A stretch of 28,265 nt of DNA from a virus. Lineage: Duplodnaviria > Caudoviricetes. Position numbers and translations under genes: made by a program. The notes below the pieces were generated by a model. The model searched no databases. It was given only the letters and a program-made list of their open reading frames with translations, and was not told where the DNA came from. Numbering within the stretch: position 1 is the first letter of the stretch; each line of letters begins with the position of its first letter. The stretch spans positions 1-28,265 of the IMG/VR virus record IMGVR_UViG_3300027683_000017. One strand, 5' to 3'. Below are positions 10,201-20,181 of this stretch, piece by piece.

Positions 10201-11583
10201 TATACCATAATTTAATCTATTATCAGTATCAAATCGATTTGATACGTCTTTTGTATATACCCACATGTTATCAAAATGCTGGCCAATCATATCTAAAAAT
10301 AGAAAGAAAGAAGCATTTGTATCATCATCTTTTACAAAAGATGGTAAATTATTAACTAACCTATCAGAATTTTCAATATCATAATTTGATCCTGAGGTAG
10401 TTTGGGTTGTTAACCAAAGTTGAGAGAAAAAACTACTTGTTGAAGTTAAGATATAAGGAGGAACAGAGTTAGTTTTAGGATATATATTTGATAATCCATC
10501 TGATGATCCTGATGAGTAATATTGGTAATATTCATACCTATCAAAATTTTTAATAGTATTTTCTATTTGTTTTTCAAGTAACAAAATACTTGAAGAATTA
10601 TCTGTTGGACTTAAAGAATTTAAATTATTTATCTCATTTTGATATTCTTCAATTAAACTTACTTTATAATAAAAATTTCTTACTCTTTCCTCAGCTGAGG
10701 AGAAATAGACAAAATTATTAAAGTCACTATAATCAACATTAACTGTTATTCCTTTTTGAGCTAATATATTTTGTAACTCATTATAAGAAGAAGTTAAAAT
10801 AGTAGTTGTTAATGAAGTTAAATTTTTATAAGGAGTAGAATTATTAACAACATCCTTTAATTGTACTTCAAAATTTGGTCCTCTTAATTTTTTTGATTTT
10901 TCAGGTTCAACTATTCTAGGAGGAAAATTAATATTAAAAGAAACTTCACTAGCTGTTTGAAGAGTTACCCATAAAGTATCTTTTTCAAGAAATTGAGGTT
11001 CTAGAGGTTCATATAGTTTAATTAAAACAGTATATTGAGAATAACTAACAGTATCTAATAATATGTTATTAGCTATAAAAATATTATTATTACCTAGATT
11101 AATTTGAAAATCTTCAAAATAAGCTGAGTTGGTTAATTCTGTTTTAAATTCATTTACTAATTTTTCTAATTCATCATTACTGATGTCATTATTAGCTAAT
11201 CTTAACTCAGTTCTATCTGAAGAAATCTGTTTTAAATAAAAAGGACTATCTAATGATGAAGATAATTGGTTTCGAAAGAAATTATAAACAACTGTGTAAT
11301 TACCCTGGTCATATCCTGCTTTTATAGTGTCAATTTCAGGATCAACATTAACTGTAGATACAGCGTTCTGTTGAGTATTATAATCTAAAGTAACAGTGTA
11401 ATTTTTATAACTGTAATCTATATATTCAAGTTGGTTTAACTCATTATAAATAGAAAATTCTATATTATCAGTTTCAGGATTAAATTGGGATATAACATCA
11501 AAGGCTGGGATTAGATTAAGGTCTTGTTTAGTGTAGTCCTCAAATAAATTAGTATTTATTTTATTTAATGTTACTAAAGCCAT
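7261..11583 (-). CDS. Large baseplate wedge protein (T4 gp7 / P2 gpI-like core)
   Basis: 1440 aa; LPSFVKDD...FLDMIGQHFD and YKRIYHNLPYLLKKKGTVEGLRALINIFGIP resemble the gpI/gp7 KGT motif; possible LamG-like beta domain; follows the gp6-like gene. Confidence 0.65.
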   Translation of the reverse strand: MALVTLNKINTNLFEDYTKQDLNLIPAFDVISQFNPETDNIEFSIYNELNQLEYIDYSYKNYTVTLDYNTQQNAVSTVNVDPEIDTIKAGYDQGNYTVVYNFFRNQLSSSLDSPFYLKQISSDRTELRLANNDISNDELEKLVNEFKTELTNSAYFEDFQINLGNNNIFIANNILLDTVSYSQYTVLIKLYEPLEPQFLEKDTLWVTLQTASEVSFNINFPPRIVEPEKSKKLRGPNFEVQLKDVVNNSTPYKNLTSLTTTILTSSYNELQNILAQKGITVNVDYSDFNNFVYFSSAEERVRNFYYKVSLIEEYQNEINNLNSLSPTDNSSSILLLEKQIENTIKNFDRYEYYQYYSSGSSDGLSNIYPKTNSVPPYILTSTSSFFSQLWLTTQTTSGSNYDIENSDRLVNNLPSFVKDDDTNASFFLFLDMIGQHFDNMWVYTKDVSNRFDTDNRLNYGISKDIVANAIQSMGVNLYQNNFSSDDLYSALLGINGSGSLLPPTGSELITDYVYYSDYNYRGFVESSSLYYKNDVFTCISQNFIVNYDYFISPPGTPTSSVYLSDLLAQGPPAIAFFTGSIPNISPPLIKLDDLNKETYKRIYHNLPYLLKKKGTVEGLRALINIFGIPDTILRISEFGGKDKDNTNDWDYFQNKSNYTFYISSSFTSSLIDIPWSVNNLWNSPNNKPQTLSFRFKPNSLPPSNQFQILAHLDADLFSPINTGYITLTYTGSGYSSASYSGSIPSSSNQYATLTYWSSGSTLGTSSVVSIDAPFYDGNWWSISLSSGSTYTLKAANKIYNGNNGFKIGYTASNSTTNLSTAWSESILLYIPFISASGLPNPVRFGGNIYTSFIGSYQELRYYNVELGENEFYDLVMNPYSIEGSNYSSSANNLIFRAPLGSDLITTTGTRTSIHPKVTGSFITNSFSTDSNYTINTRSIFYPQTEFIYYDQPTVGIKNRISQKIRIEDNLLPTGDVLTPYRTIQQRYPQSESYIRDVNYIEVAFSPQNEINDDINSSMGYFNIGEYIGDPRQVSESSYSYPDLDRLRNSYFDKYYKNYNWNDYIRLIKYFDNSLFKMIKDFTPAKSGLSTGVVIKQHLLERNRQRPAQVEISQHYYSGSIYSQQMWDPITSGTYISNSRISKINGGAGGVLNDYSDLPLPPSSLSGSRSILGPIPTSFTNLFSGSNYLTSDGIFYTDPSQGTISLHSGIVSKYNPPLTFGHEISIGGANYLLSASLSSSLRGEIENLNVTTLSSNNNYIFKFSTVFPLENEVFEVLTKIDGGNILYTSLYCLSSYNPSSSVDILAGAIVYSYPYITPKPSNPLENYQIWDETILTPSGSTTLTHKTEDEFYNGELKGTEIKATNGELNDWNNSKFPSTLEIEYTPYLYSSDITSYTRFVQDSIFPGAGEIYLWYDTGSTEGASSTGGGGGGTPPVIPGGR

Positions 11584-11948
11584 TATTGTATATTAATTCC
11601 TTGAGTTAATTGGGTTTGTTGAACTTCTATTAATTGAGTTTGAGTTTCTAAAAGTTGTTCTCTTAATGAATTTATTTCTTCATATAAAGCATCTAATTCT
11701 AGATTGGTTTGTTCATCTCCAACATACTCACTACTTCTCTGTATTAATTCATTATGAGAATTAGGACCAGTTTTAGGTATATCAAAAAATAAATTATTAT
11801 AAGCTTCAAAAAATTGTGTTACTGTTATTTCAGGTTCAATATCTGAAAAAGGGACTGGGGGGGCAAGTTCATTAAAAGAGGTATTAATAGTATTTTGATA
11901 TTTAGTTTTATCATATACTTTTCTAGTAAGATTAATTCTTTGTCCCAT
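11583..11948 (-). CDS. Hypothetical protein with C-terminal coiled coil
   Basis: LDALYEEINSLREQLLETQTQL heptads; TAATG overlap with the downstream gene. Confidence 0.6.
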   Translation of the reverse strand: MGQRINLTRKVYDKTKYQNTINTSFNELAPPVPFSDIEPEITVTQFFEAYNNLFFDIPKTGPNSHNELIQRSSEYVGDEQTNLELDALYEEINSLREQLLETQTQLIEVQQTQLTQGINIQ

Positions 11949-11950
11949 TT

Positions 11951-13075
11951 TTAATTTATTATTTTAAAATAATAATTATCATCTAAAATTATAGTTTCCC
12001 CATTTAATACAGTTTTTATTAAAATTTGATAATATCTTTCAGGTTCTAAACCATTCATATAAATAGTAAAATAACTGTTTGAACTATCAGCACTTATCTT
12101 AGTGTAAGTATCATCAAAATTAAATATAAACTCATTAGTATCCAAGTCTTTTATAGCATAATATGAAGTTATTGGTAGATAATAATTAGTTGTATAAATT
12201 GAAGAGGTTTGGTAACTACGAGCGGGGAACTCAGGTCTACAGTTTAATCTAAATTTATATATTTCTGATCTTCTAAATTCAATAGGATTATTAGCTAAAG
12301 TAACCACCATTTGAGTTGTATTAATAGTGGATTGAGCTGATGAAGTTATATAGGAAAAATCATTCCATTGAAACTGGAGTTCAGGAGGGTATATGGTGTT
12401 AGTATCTATAGAATAGAATTGCAATTTAGCTTGTTTTGATAAACTATTTACAAATTCATCAGCTGAGCTTTGTTTAAGGATAAATCCATCATTAGTAAAT
12501 CCTCCTAATCCTTTTGAAGCACTATACCAAGTTTTTATAGTGTTTGTAACATCAACATCTAAATCTTTAGAGCTATTATAACTATAAATTTTAGATTGGA
12601 CTATATTTAAACCTAAAGAAGAACCAGTATACCAAGTTCCTCCACCTGCTACAGTGCTATAAGAAGCTGTTACAAATGAAGAAAAATTTGAAGTAGCCCA
12701 AGCATTAGATCCAGAATATGTTCTATAAACCCACCCACACCCATTATCAATTTCAGGATTACTATTAAATTTACCTGTGCCCATTCCCCAAGATCCTGAT
12801 AAGGGGTATATTTCTAATGTTGTGTCAACATTAAGATTTTCAATATTAGATATATAGTTTTTAAGATTAACCTTAAAAGAAGAAGTATTAATCTTATTAT
12901 CTATAATAGAATTAATTTCTTCTTGAGAAAATTGAATTAAATATCTACTAACATGAGTAGTACCTGTTGAAAAGTCAGCTATGGCTTCTATAATAGAATC
13001 TAATCCTGTGTTTTTAACAGGATATCTTGAATATATAGTGGTGTCTTTTGTTGGGAAAATTTTATATACTGCCAT
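11951..13075 (-). CDS. Virion structural protein, DNRLRE/CBM96-like N-terminal domain
   Basis: KDTTIYSRYPVKNTG...SRYLIQF...DVDVTNTIKTW...NDGFILK...FYSIDT...PPEL pattern; within the baseplate operon. Confidence 0.5.
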   Translation of the reverse strand: MAVYKIFPTKDTTIYSRYPVKNTGLDSIIEAIADFSTGTTHVSRYLIQFSQEEINSIIDNKINTSSFKVNLKNYISNIENLNVDTTLEIYPLSGSWGMGTGKFNSNPEIDNGCGWVYRTYSGSNAWATSNFSSFVTASYSTVAGGGTWYTGSSLGLNIVQSKIYSYNSSKDLDVDVTNTIKTWYSASKGLGGFTNDGFILKQSSADEFVNSLSKQAKLQFYSIDTNTIYPPELQFQWNDFSYITSSAQSTINTTQMVVTLANNPIEFRRSEIYKFRLNCRPEFPARSYQTSSIYTTNYYLPITSYYAIKDLDTNEFIFNFDDTYTKISADSSNSYFTIYMNGLEPERYYQILIKTVLNGETIILDDNYYFKIIN

Positions 13076-13077
13076 AA

Positions 13078-14961
13078 TTATAAAGTTTTGACTCTACCTC
13101 TAATATCAACATTGGGGTATTTCACCTCAAAAATTGAAGGGTCTAATGAAGGATAAATAACATTATTTAATGTAGCACCATTTATATCATAAGCATATTG
13201 AGAGTAGCCACTAGCCAAACCACTTTTATTAGTTATTTTAACACTATCAACAGTTTGAACTCCTTTAATTTGATCTAAAAGAATATATATGTCTCTTAAT
13301 AAAACAGGTTGATTAATTTGTTGGTTATCTATATTAAAATAATTTTGTAAAGCTATTATACAATCTGCTATTACTTGATTGCTATTAAAATTAGGCAATA
13401 CAATAATATCAAAATCAATACCTATGTTAATTATAAAAGCGTCTCTGATTTTAATAGAGTCATTTATAGTTCTATATTCTGAAAGGTAGGTAGATAGATT
13501 TTGTTTTAGGGTTGATGAGGCTATGGTTAATTGTCTATCAGCATTATAACTTAAAATATATAAATTTAATGATGAAGGAGATTCACCTGGTAAAAGGTTT
13601 TCTAGTTTTTCAGATTCAATATAAGCTTTAGCTATAGTCCCATACTGAGAAGGAAGACTTAAAGACCTAACTAAATAATCTTCTTGTGTTATAGTTCTTA
13701 GCTGGGTTCCAAAGTTACTTAAAGTATTATTTCTAATTTCTTCTATATTATCTCCATCATCCCCTCCAGTAGCTGAAGAAGGATTTATAACTAAAACTGA
13801 GTTAAATATGTTTTGGGCTAGGTTACCCGTGTTGTCTAAATTGGAGTTTTGGAATTTAATATCAGCACTTACAATAGTATTAATAACATTGGATTCAACA
13901 TTAGCAGTTACTCCTCCACCTATTAAATAAGTTACAGTTAAAGTAATATTAGAAGGAGCTATACCATAAGTATTACTATATAAAAAATTGGAAGGATTAA
14001 AAGCTGTTGTTAGCTTATTTTGGGATGATGGTAATCCTATACCTACATTATTAGGGTTGGGTATTATAGTCTCATTAACATTATTTTGGTTAGTCCCTGC
14101 TCCAAATTGAATATCTAATTGAGTTTTGGATTTAAATCTTGTTACAAATCTTCTTGGTACTTTTTCTAAACTTAGAATATAAGGTACTTCATTTAAATCA
14201 GATTGAGCATTAGGATCTGGTCCAAATGGATTTTTATTTTTTATAGGTTTAAAAACAGTTTCTTGAGCTAAATAAGGAACTTCAGTCCACTCATTACCAT
14301 CACTATCTATAATACTTAATATTCCAACTATATTAGCTTCATTAATAGTTACAGTTGGATATCTTTGTACTGTGGTGAAGGTAAATGTTGTTGTTTTAGG
14401 AGTAGCAGAGATAGCTTTACGTGTTTTTTTAAGAAGGAAAGATGAGGGATTACTTCCAACTACTTCATATACTGTAACCACAGTAGGGTCTAATGATGAA
14501 GAGAATGAAAAATCTATAGGATCTTGAATTAAGAATTGAGTAGAATTACCAGTATTAGAACCTAATATAGTATTATTACTAATTAATAAAGCGTAATCAT
14601 AATCCGGAACATAAATTCCACCAACAATTTTAGCTGGGACTTTTTGATAAATATCTATATCAACAACTGCTACTCCTGTGGCTTTGGGTTTGTAACCCAT
14701 CATATAAGCTAAATCATATAAATTAGGTTCTTGACGGGCATATTGTAAAAAAGTTTCCTGTATTTGGTTATCTAAATAAAAAGATAAAACATCTCCAACA
14801 TAGGAAGCCATCTCAATAAACATTGATCCTGGGGAGTTTGGTCCAAAGTCATTGTAAGTAGTGGGGAAATAGGTTTTTGAAAATTCAATAAGAGATGACC
14901 TTAAGGAATCAAAATCCCTATTAATATATTTTATATCTCTATTTATTTTATTATCAGCCAT
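13078..14961 (-). CDS. Baseplate wedge subunit (T4 gp6 / Baseplate J-like)
   Basis: RDFDSLRSSLIEF...YVGDVLSFYLD, LAYMMGYKP, IQFGAG, ATGGDDGDNIEEIR, QLRTITQEDY motifs; directly downstream of the gp25-like gene. Confidence 0.88.
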   Translation of the reverse strand: MADNKINRDIKYINRDFDSLRSSLIEFSKTYFPTTYNDFGPNSPGSMFIEMASYVGDVLSFYLDNQIQETFLQYARQEPNLYDLAYMMGYKPKATGVAVVDIDIYQKVPAKIVGGIYVPDYDYALLISNNTILGSNTGNSTQFLIQDPIDFSFSSSLDPTVVTVYEVVGSNPSSFLLKKTRKAISATPKTTTFTFTTVQRYPTVTINEANIVGILSIIDSDGNEWTEVPYLAQETVFKPIKNKNPFGPDPNAQSDLNEVPYILSLEKVPRRFVTRFKSKTQLDIQFGAGTNQNNVNETIIPNPNNVGIGLPSSQNKLTTAFNPSNFLYSNTYGIAPSNITLTVTYLIGGGVTANVESNVINTIVSADIKFQNSNLDNTGNLAQNIFNSVLVINPSSATGGDDGDNIEEIRNNTLSNFGTQLRTITQEDYLVRSLSLPSQYGTIAKAYIESEKLENLLPGESPSSLNLYILSYNADRQLTIASSTLKQNLSTYLSEYRTINDSIKIRDAFIINIGIDFDIIVLPNFNSNQVIADCIIALQNYFNIDNQQINQPVLLRDIYILLDQIKGVQTVDSVKITNKSGLASGYSQYAYDINGATLNNVIYPSLDPSIFEVKYPNVDIRGRVKTL

Positions 14962-14963
14962 TA

Positions 14964-15386
14964 TTATGGATTAAAGTTTATAGCTAAAGTGTCTACTTCA
15001 TTATTAAAAACAGAATAGGTCAAAACTACAGTTAAAGTATGATTATTAGGGGATCCTAATACTTCTATTTTTTTTAGATTAACTTGAGGGAACTGAGAAG
15101 ATAATTCTTTTTTTACAACATCTTCAACATTTGAGAGTGTATTTAATGATAATTGTTCAAATAAAAAATTTTTTAATCCTCCTCCATAATTAGGATTTAA
15201 AGGACGTTCACCTTTATTAGTTGATAGATAAACTATTATATTAGATTTTATTTGATCTCTAGTTGTATAATTTAATTTAAAAGGTATTGAGCCTGAAGTG
15301 GCTGAGTTAGTAAAAGGAAAAGACAAACCAACAGCATTTCTTGGTTGTAAATCAATGGGAAATATGTTAGTTTGTTTAATAGCCAT
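14964..15386 (-). CDS. Baseplate gp25/GpW-like sheath initiator
   Basis: QIKSNIIVYLSTNKGERPLNPNYGGGLKNFLFE signature. Confidence 0.9.
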   Translation of the reverse strand: MAIKQTNIFPIDLQPRNAVGLSFPFTNSATSGSIPFKLNYTTRDQIKSNIIVYLSTNKGERPLNPNYGGGLKNFLFEQLSLNTLSNVEDVVKKELSSQFPQVNLKKIEVLGSPNNHTLTVVLTYSVFNNEVDTLAINFNP

Positions 15387-15712
15387 TATTTATTCATTAA
15401 ACCCATTATTTGATTCATACTTAATTCACCCGCTGGTAGGTCTGATCCAGGCATAACTCCTTGAGGTCTAAATTCACCTACATTTTGGGTTGTAAAACCC
15501 ATAGCAGTCTCACCTAAAATATTCCTATACTGTTCTCTTTTTTGTTCCATAGTTAGTGAAGGAGAAGAAGAAGGTGAAGAAGGTTGAGAAATATATTCAG
15601 TGACAGTTTGTTTAGGAGCTTTAACAGCTTCTAATAAAATTTCTCTTAATTCTTCCCTAATAACCTCTCTAACGGCTTCTTTAATTATAGATTTGAAAGT
15701 GTTAGTCTTCAT
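15386..15712 (-). CDS. Hypothetical late protein with Glu-repeat helical N-terminus
   Basis: MKTNTFKSIIKEAVREVIREELREILLE; ATATTTAT at 15718-15725. Confidence 0.6.
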   Translation of the reverse strand: MKTNTFKSIIKEAVREVIREELREILLEAVKAPKQTVTEYISQPSSPSSSPSLTMEQKREQYRNILGETAMGFTTQNVGEFRPQGVMPGSDLPAGELSMNQIMGLMNK

Positions 15713-15729
15713 TGTTTATAAATATTTAT

Positions 15730-16614
15730 TTAATTTGCTTTTAAATTATCTCTATTAATTATAGACTTTAATTCTTGTATTAAAATTTCAGGTTTAGTTG
15801 TAAATGATAATTCAGTTTGAAGAAGGACAATACCATCTTTATTTAAAGCTAAAGCTCTTTTTCTATTTACTGTTGGTGTAAAAGAAACTTCTTCTATTTT
15901 AAATATAAATCCTTTATAAGGAACTCCTAAAACACTTTCAGTTGATTCTTGAACTGATTCTTCAATAAATTTAATCATTTCAGGATCTAGGGGTATTAAT
16001 TCAGGTTGTTCTTCTTCTGGGAGAGATTTATAACAGTTTACTATATCTACATCTAAAGCTTCTAAAGAACATATAAGAATCCTTAAAGCATTAGAGAATA
16101 AAACTAAAGTAACATCTAAAGAAGCTAACCCATTATAAATGTTTACTAACCTAGGTTCACCATCTTTTTTAAATCTTAATTTATTTACAACTTCTCCAGC
16201 TGTATCAACAGCTGCTCCTACTTTATCTGGGAGGGGAATTGGGGAGGCTATACGAGCTATATTAAGGGCTCCTATTAATGCTTGTGATATATTAATGATT
16301 AATAAAACTCCATTTACAATTTGTAAAGTTATTCCAACTGTGTTAGAAAGTCTATTTACTCTTTGATAAATTCTATTTATTTGAATTACTAAATTATTTC
16401 GTGTATTAACTATTTGTTGTAATTCTTGATAAGAGGGACATACATCCTCAAATTTTTTTATTAATTTATCAATTTTCTTTTGATAAATTTGCTGTAAATC
16501 TTCATATTTTTCAGCTATAAATTGAGCTAATTTTTGTAAGGCTCCTAAGGGAGGTAATAAACTTAAAATAGATCCTAAATCATCTTTAGGTGGATCTTTA
16601 CAGAAATCAGCCAT
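15730..16614 (-). CDS. Hypothetical protein (helical, central hydrophobic segment)
   Basis: 294-aa ORF coupled by a TAATG overlap to the spike/hub-like gene. Confidence 0.55.
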   Translation of the reverse strand: MADFCKDPPKDDLGSILSLLPPLGALQKLAQFIAEKYEDLQQIYQKKIDKLIKKFEDVCPSYQELQQIVNTRNNLVIQINRIYQRVNRLSNTVGITLQIVNGVLLIINISQALIGALNIARIASPIPLPDKVGAAVDTAGEVVNKLRFKKDGEPRLVNIYNGLASLDVTLVLFSNALRILICSLEALDVDIVNCYKSLPEEEQPELIPLDPEMIKFIEESVQESTESVLGVPYKGFIFKIEEVSFTPTVNRKRALALNKDGIVLLQTELSFTTKPEILIQELKSIINRDNLKAN

Positions 16615-17810
16615 TATATAGTAAAATTAGATTTAGACTTTGATTGAGTTTCTAAAACACTTTTAATAGCGTTTAAATTGCCTACTATAGAAGTACCAGC
16701 TAAAGGAGTTGATCCTACTTTAGCGTTAGGGGGCTCACTACCATATATAGTGAAAAATTGAATTAAAGTATCTATTAAAGATGAAAGTTGAGTAACTGTT
16801 ATATTACCTTTTAATAAAGGTTCAGTGGCAGCTTTGTTTCCTAAATAAATTTGTTCACTATTAATTATAAAATTTTTAGTGTCTATATTTATGGAATTTA
16901 TAGAATTTAAATTTATAGATTTTTTAGAAGATAAAAGAATATCATTATCAGTTGTATTAAATAATAATCTACCCGAGTTTAGTATTATTTGGGTTTTATC
17001 ATATTCTTTAGGGGATGTTGGTAGTTCATTATAACTATTATAATTTTTACTTGATACTTCTATGTTTATTTTTTGGTTAGAAGTTAGATAAATTGAAGAT
17101 TGATCTTTATTTATATCTTCAGTTATAGGTACCCAACTGTCACTTGATATATTAGAAGGTTGACCATTTCTAATTAGAACATTAGGATTATTAGTATTAT
17201 TATTAATATAACTACCTAGTCTAATTGAATTACCCCATCTTCCTTCTAATAAATTATCCCCAGGAAAAAATTGAAGAGGATGGGTATTTATTTGCTCATT
17301 AAATTTAGGACCTAAATCAATATCTGTAGATTCATCATTTACTCTTCTTATATCTCTAGCAGAGCCATCACCAGCATCTTCATAGTCTGATGTTGTGTTA
17401 TCTTTAGGTTGTTTAGTAGAGTCAGGGACAGCATTATGATGTTGACTATTCCAAATATTAATAGGAGGGAGATAGTAAGCTGTTGTTAGGCTGGTGTTTG
17501 TCTGAGAGTCCCATGAAGCTAAAAATACTATAGGGACTAGTTCGTTTATTAATGGGTAAAACTTATGGTTGGAAAATAAAGGTATAGCTATATTATTAGT
17601 ATCAACAGCAAAAGGAAATTGAACACTATCAAAAAACACAGTTCCTATCCCATTCCACTCACCATATTCTTTAAATCTAGGATGGGTATTATCTAAAATT
17701 ATATCAAGTACACGAGCATAAAGTATTTCTTTCCCTTTTATAGAGGGGGGAGTACTGTCATTCCCTATATTTTTAGTTAGGGTAGAAATACCTTGATATA
17801 TTCTAGGCAT
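16614..17810 (-). CDS. Baseplate hub/spike protein (gp5/gpV-like OB-fold plus beta-helix)
   Basis: ARVLDII...GTVFF...AIPL...PLINELV OB-like N-terminus; GDNLLEGRWGNSIRLG and repeated short beta strands (IILNSGRLLFN, INLNS, IYLG); just upstream of gp25/gp6. Confidence 0.6.
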   Translation of the reverse strand: MPRIYQGISTLTKNIGNDSTPPSIKGKEILYARVLDIILDNTHPRFKEYGEWNGIGTVFFDSVQFPFAVDTNNIAIPLFSNHKFYPLINELVPIVFLASWDSQTNTSLTTAYYLPPINIWNSQHHNAVPDSTKQPKDNTTSDYEDAGDGSARDIRRVNDESTDIDLGPKFNEQINTHPLQFFPGDNLLEGRWGNSIRLGSYINNNTNNPNVLIRNGQPSNISSDSWVPITEDINKDQSSIYLTSNQKINIEVSSKNYNSYNELPTSPKEYDKTQIILNSGRLLFNTTDNDILLSSKKSINLNSINSINIDTKNFIINSEQIYLGNKAATEPLLKGNITVTQLSSLIDTLIQFFTIYGSEPPNAKVGSTPLAGTSIVGNLNAIKSVLETQSKSKSNFTI

Positions 17811-18154
17811 TATTTTTTACCTTTATCCTCGTTATATTTTTTTACTTCATCTAATAACTGTTGCTTTTCAGCTTCAGACATTCCAAATGCATCTCCTCCT
17901 TCTTCAGCTTGCATAGATCGCTGAACAATGGTAGCCATTTTAATTAAGGCTTCATCATTTTTAACTCCTATTTCAAGATATTCTTTAATCAAAGGAACTA
18001 TAAGAGTAGCATCACCAATTTCTTGAACCATTGGTTTAAGTTCTTGAATCAGAACTGAGATTTGTTCCTCTTTCTTTTTTTGGTTGTTATAAATTTCTTC
18101 TAAAAGATTAGAGAAAGTTACCTTACCAAATATTTTTTTATCAAATTTACCCAT
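17810..18154 (-). CDS. Hypothetical phage protein, first gene of the late baseplate operon
   Basis: 114-aa helical ORF with ATATTTAT 4 nt upstream of the ATG. Confidence 0.6.
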   Translation of the reverse strand: MGKFDKKIFGKVTFSNLLEEIYNNQKKKEEQISVLIQELKPMVQEIGDATLIVPLIKEYLEIGVKNDEALIKMATIVQRSMQAEEGGDAFGMSEAEKQQLLDEVKKYNEDKGKK

Positions 18155-18173
18155 GATAATAAATATACTTTGG

Positions 18174-18893
18174 TTAAAAATTGGTATATCCGTTATTTAA
18201 ATAAAAGATATATTGTTCCTTATATATTTCACCTAACCGATCAGCGACGCGGGTTATATGTGGAGTTTTAACGTCTATAATTTCCCTAATATAAATGTAA
18301 AGAGCTTTTTTATTAAAAATATCTATATTTTCTCTTTTTCTGAATACTTCTAAAATAGCATCAGCTACCTGAGCATCTTTATCTTTAGGGAATAATTCAT
18401 AAATATTTTCAGAGCAATATTCTACATATTGGTCTATAAAATCTGAGATATAATCAGCCTGGTTTAAAGGAGTATCTAATTCATAAGAGTGATTTAGATC
18501 TTTATATAGTTCTTCAACTGGGGCTTTGTCAACTCGTTTTTTATAGTTTTTAGTATTTTGAATGATGAGATATCTTTTAACTATGGTTCCAAAATAAGAG
18601 TATGCTTTAGCTCCTTTTTCAGGGTTAAAGAGATGTATTTTTTGGAGGAGAAAAGTTATAATCTCATGTTGCAAGTCTTCAATATTATCTACTTCAGTAT
18701 AATAAAACTTAAAGGTATGGATAATATTTTCTGTTAATTTAAAAAAAGCATAATGAATATGCCTATGATAAATTTTTTCCTTTTCATCGGTGGAAGTGGC
18801 CCTATTATAGGCCACTATAGCATCCTCAGTTTCTTGAGTAAAATAATTATTTGATGATGGTTTTTTTTTCTTTTCTATTATTTCTTTTATCAT
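18174..18893 (-). CDS. Phage sigma factor, T4 gp55-like (late transcription)
   Basis: NYF...AIVAYN, KLTENIIHTFKFY, EDLQHE...KIHLFNPEKGAKAYSYFGTIVKRYL resemble sigma region 2 of gp55-family proteins (FNPEK...AYFT-I). Confidence 0.75.
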   Translation of the reverse strand: MIKEIIEKKKKPSSNNYFTQETEDAIVAYNRATSTDEKEKIYHRHIHYAFFKLTENIIHTFKFYYTEVDNIEDLQHEIITFLLQKIHLFNPEKGAKAYSYFGTIVKRYLIIQNTKNYKKRVDKAPVEELYKDLNHSYELDTPLNQADYISDFIDQYVEYCSENIYELFPKDKDAQVADAILEVFRKRENIDIFNKKALYIYIREIIDVKTPHITRVADRLGEIYKEQYIFYLNNGYTNF

Positions 18894-19168
18894 AATTTAT
18901 CCACTCTAAAATTTGATAAAACTTTTTGTAGATTTTTTATTTCTTCATATATAAAACCTACCTCATCATCTGTTTTAAAAATACCTTTACTATCTATAGT
19001 TTTTATTTTTTCATCAGCAAACTCAACAATTCTGGAGAGGCTGTCTAGATAGTTTTGATATCCGGCTAAGATATCTTCTTGTTTTTCATTTTTCTTTAGA
19101 AGGTTGAAGGTCGTGAATCCTAAGATCACGACCAAACAACCTAATATACTAATTATTATAGTAGTCAT
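18890..19168 (-). CDS. Small protein with N-terminal membrane anchor
   Basis: IIISILGCLVVILGFTTF transmembrane segment followed by a coiled region. Confidence 0.6.
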   Translation of the reverse strand: MTTIIISILGCLVVILGFTTFNLLKKNEKQEDILAGYQNYLDSLSRIVEFADEKIKTIDSKGIFKTDDEVGFIYEEIKNLQKVLSNFRVDKL

Positions 19169-19938
19169 AGATTATCTAATATATTTTTTAAACTTTCACT
19201 TTTAATATTTCCTAAAGCTTTTTGCTTAATAGGAGTCTTTTTTTCCTTAGTTAGAGCAAAATTTTTATTTTTAGCCTCAACTTTAGTTTCTTTAAAAGTT
19301 GGAAGCCATTCTTTTTCAAATTCAATTCTAGCAGCCATCAAATCAGCCTGATGGAGAATATAAGGGAGAGCAGTTCTAGGTTTGGTAGCTGGGGAGAAAT
19401 TAATCAAATATTTTTTATTAGCTTCATCATATAGGCCATCATGAGTCTGAATACCTAACATTTCATTAAAGGTATATTTAACATCATGAGCCTGGAGAAG
19501 ATATAGACCACGATCAGGAATAGAAGCAAAAGCTAATTTATCACTATGTTGGTAAGTTTCTCCCAACTTATCTTTTCTCCATTGGTCAGTCTGGGGGGTG
19601 TAAGCTTCATGCTTTTCATCTCCTATTTTACCTAAGTCATGATTAATAGCTGAAAATATTAATTCTTCCATAGTGAATGTAGACATATCTACTCCCATCT
19701 GCTGCCAAACATTAGCTAATTTAATAGCGCAATCTACTACACGATTAACATGGTCTACATAACCACCTGGGAAAGCATTATGATATTCTTTTTTATGAGC
19801 CGCAGGCATCATAATAATACGATCTTCATATTCTTTATAAAAATTGAGTAATTTTTGCTTACGCTCTCCAGTAATAAAAACTCCAATATTATTGAGAAAA
19901 ATCTCCCAATTCTTTTGAATTTGCTCAGCTGTTAACAT
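19165..19938 (-). CDS. HD-domain metal-dependent phosphohydrolase (YhaM-like HD)
   Basis: PAA...YHNAFPGGYVDH, HDLGK, HDG, LHQAD motifs. Confidence 0.85.
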   Translation of the reverse strand: MLTAEQIQKNWEIFLNNIGVFITGERKQKLLNFYKEYEDRIIMMPAAHKKEYHNAFPGGYVDHVNRVVDCAIKLANVWQQMGVDMSTFTMEELIFSAINHDLGKIGDEKHEAYTPQTDQWRKDKLGETYQHSDKLAFASIPDRGLYLLQAHDVKYTFNEMLGIQTHDGLYDEANKKYLINFSPATKPRTALPYILHQADLMAARIEFEKEWLPTFKETKVEAKNKNFALTKEKKTPIKQKALGNIKSESLKNILDNL

Positions 19939-19941
19939 TTT

Positions 19942-20136
19942 TTATTTACGATTAAGTTCTTCAGGGCTAAGAGGTTCACGTTCAATTGAAGCTCTAACAT
20001 CTCCTAATTGGTCTAAACACTCCGCTAAGACAATTCTAATATTGTCTAGGTCATTTCTAGAGGCATAAAAATCTATATGCTTCATTTTAGCTTCTAACTT
20101 ATCTAGTTGATTATTTATATATCCTCTCTGTCTCAT
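19942..20136 (-). CDS. Hypothetical protein
   Basis: 64-aa ORF with an A-rich leader; first gene after the promoter at 20182-20213. Confidence 0.55.
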   Translation of the reverse strand: MRQRGYINNQLDKLEAKMKHIDFYASRNDLDNIRIVLAECLDQLGDVRASIEREPLSPEELNRK

Positions 20137-20181
20137 TTTTTTCCTTTATTTTTTAAAAATTATTTATTTTTTTATTTAATC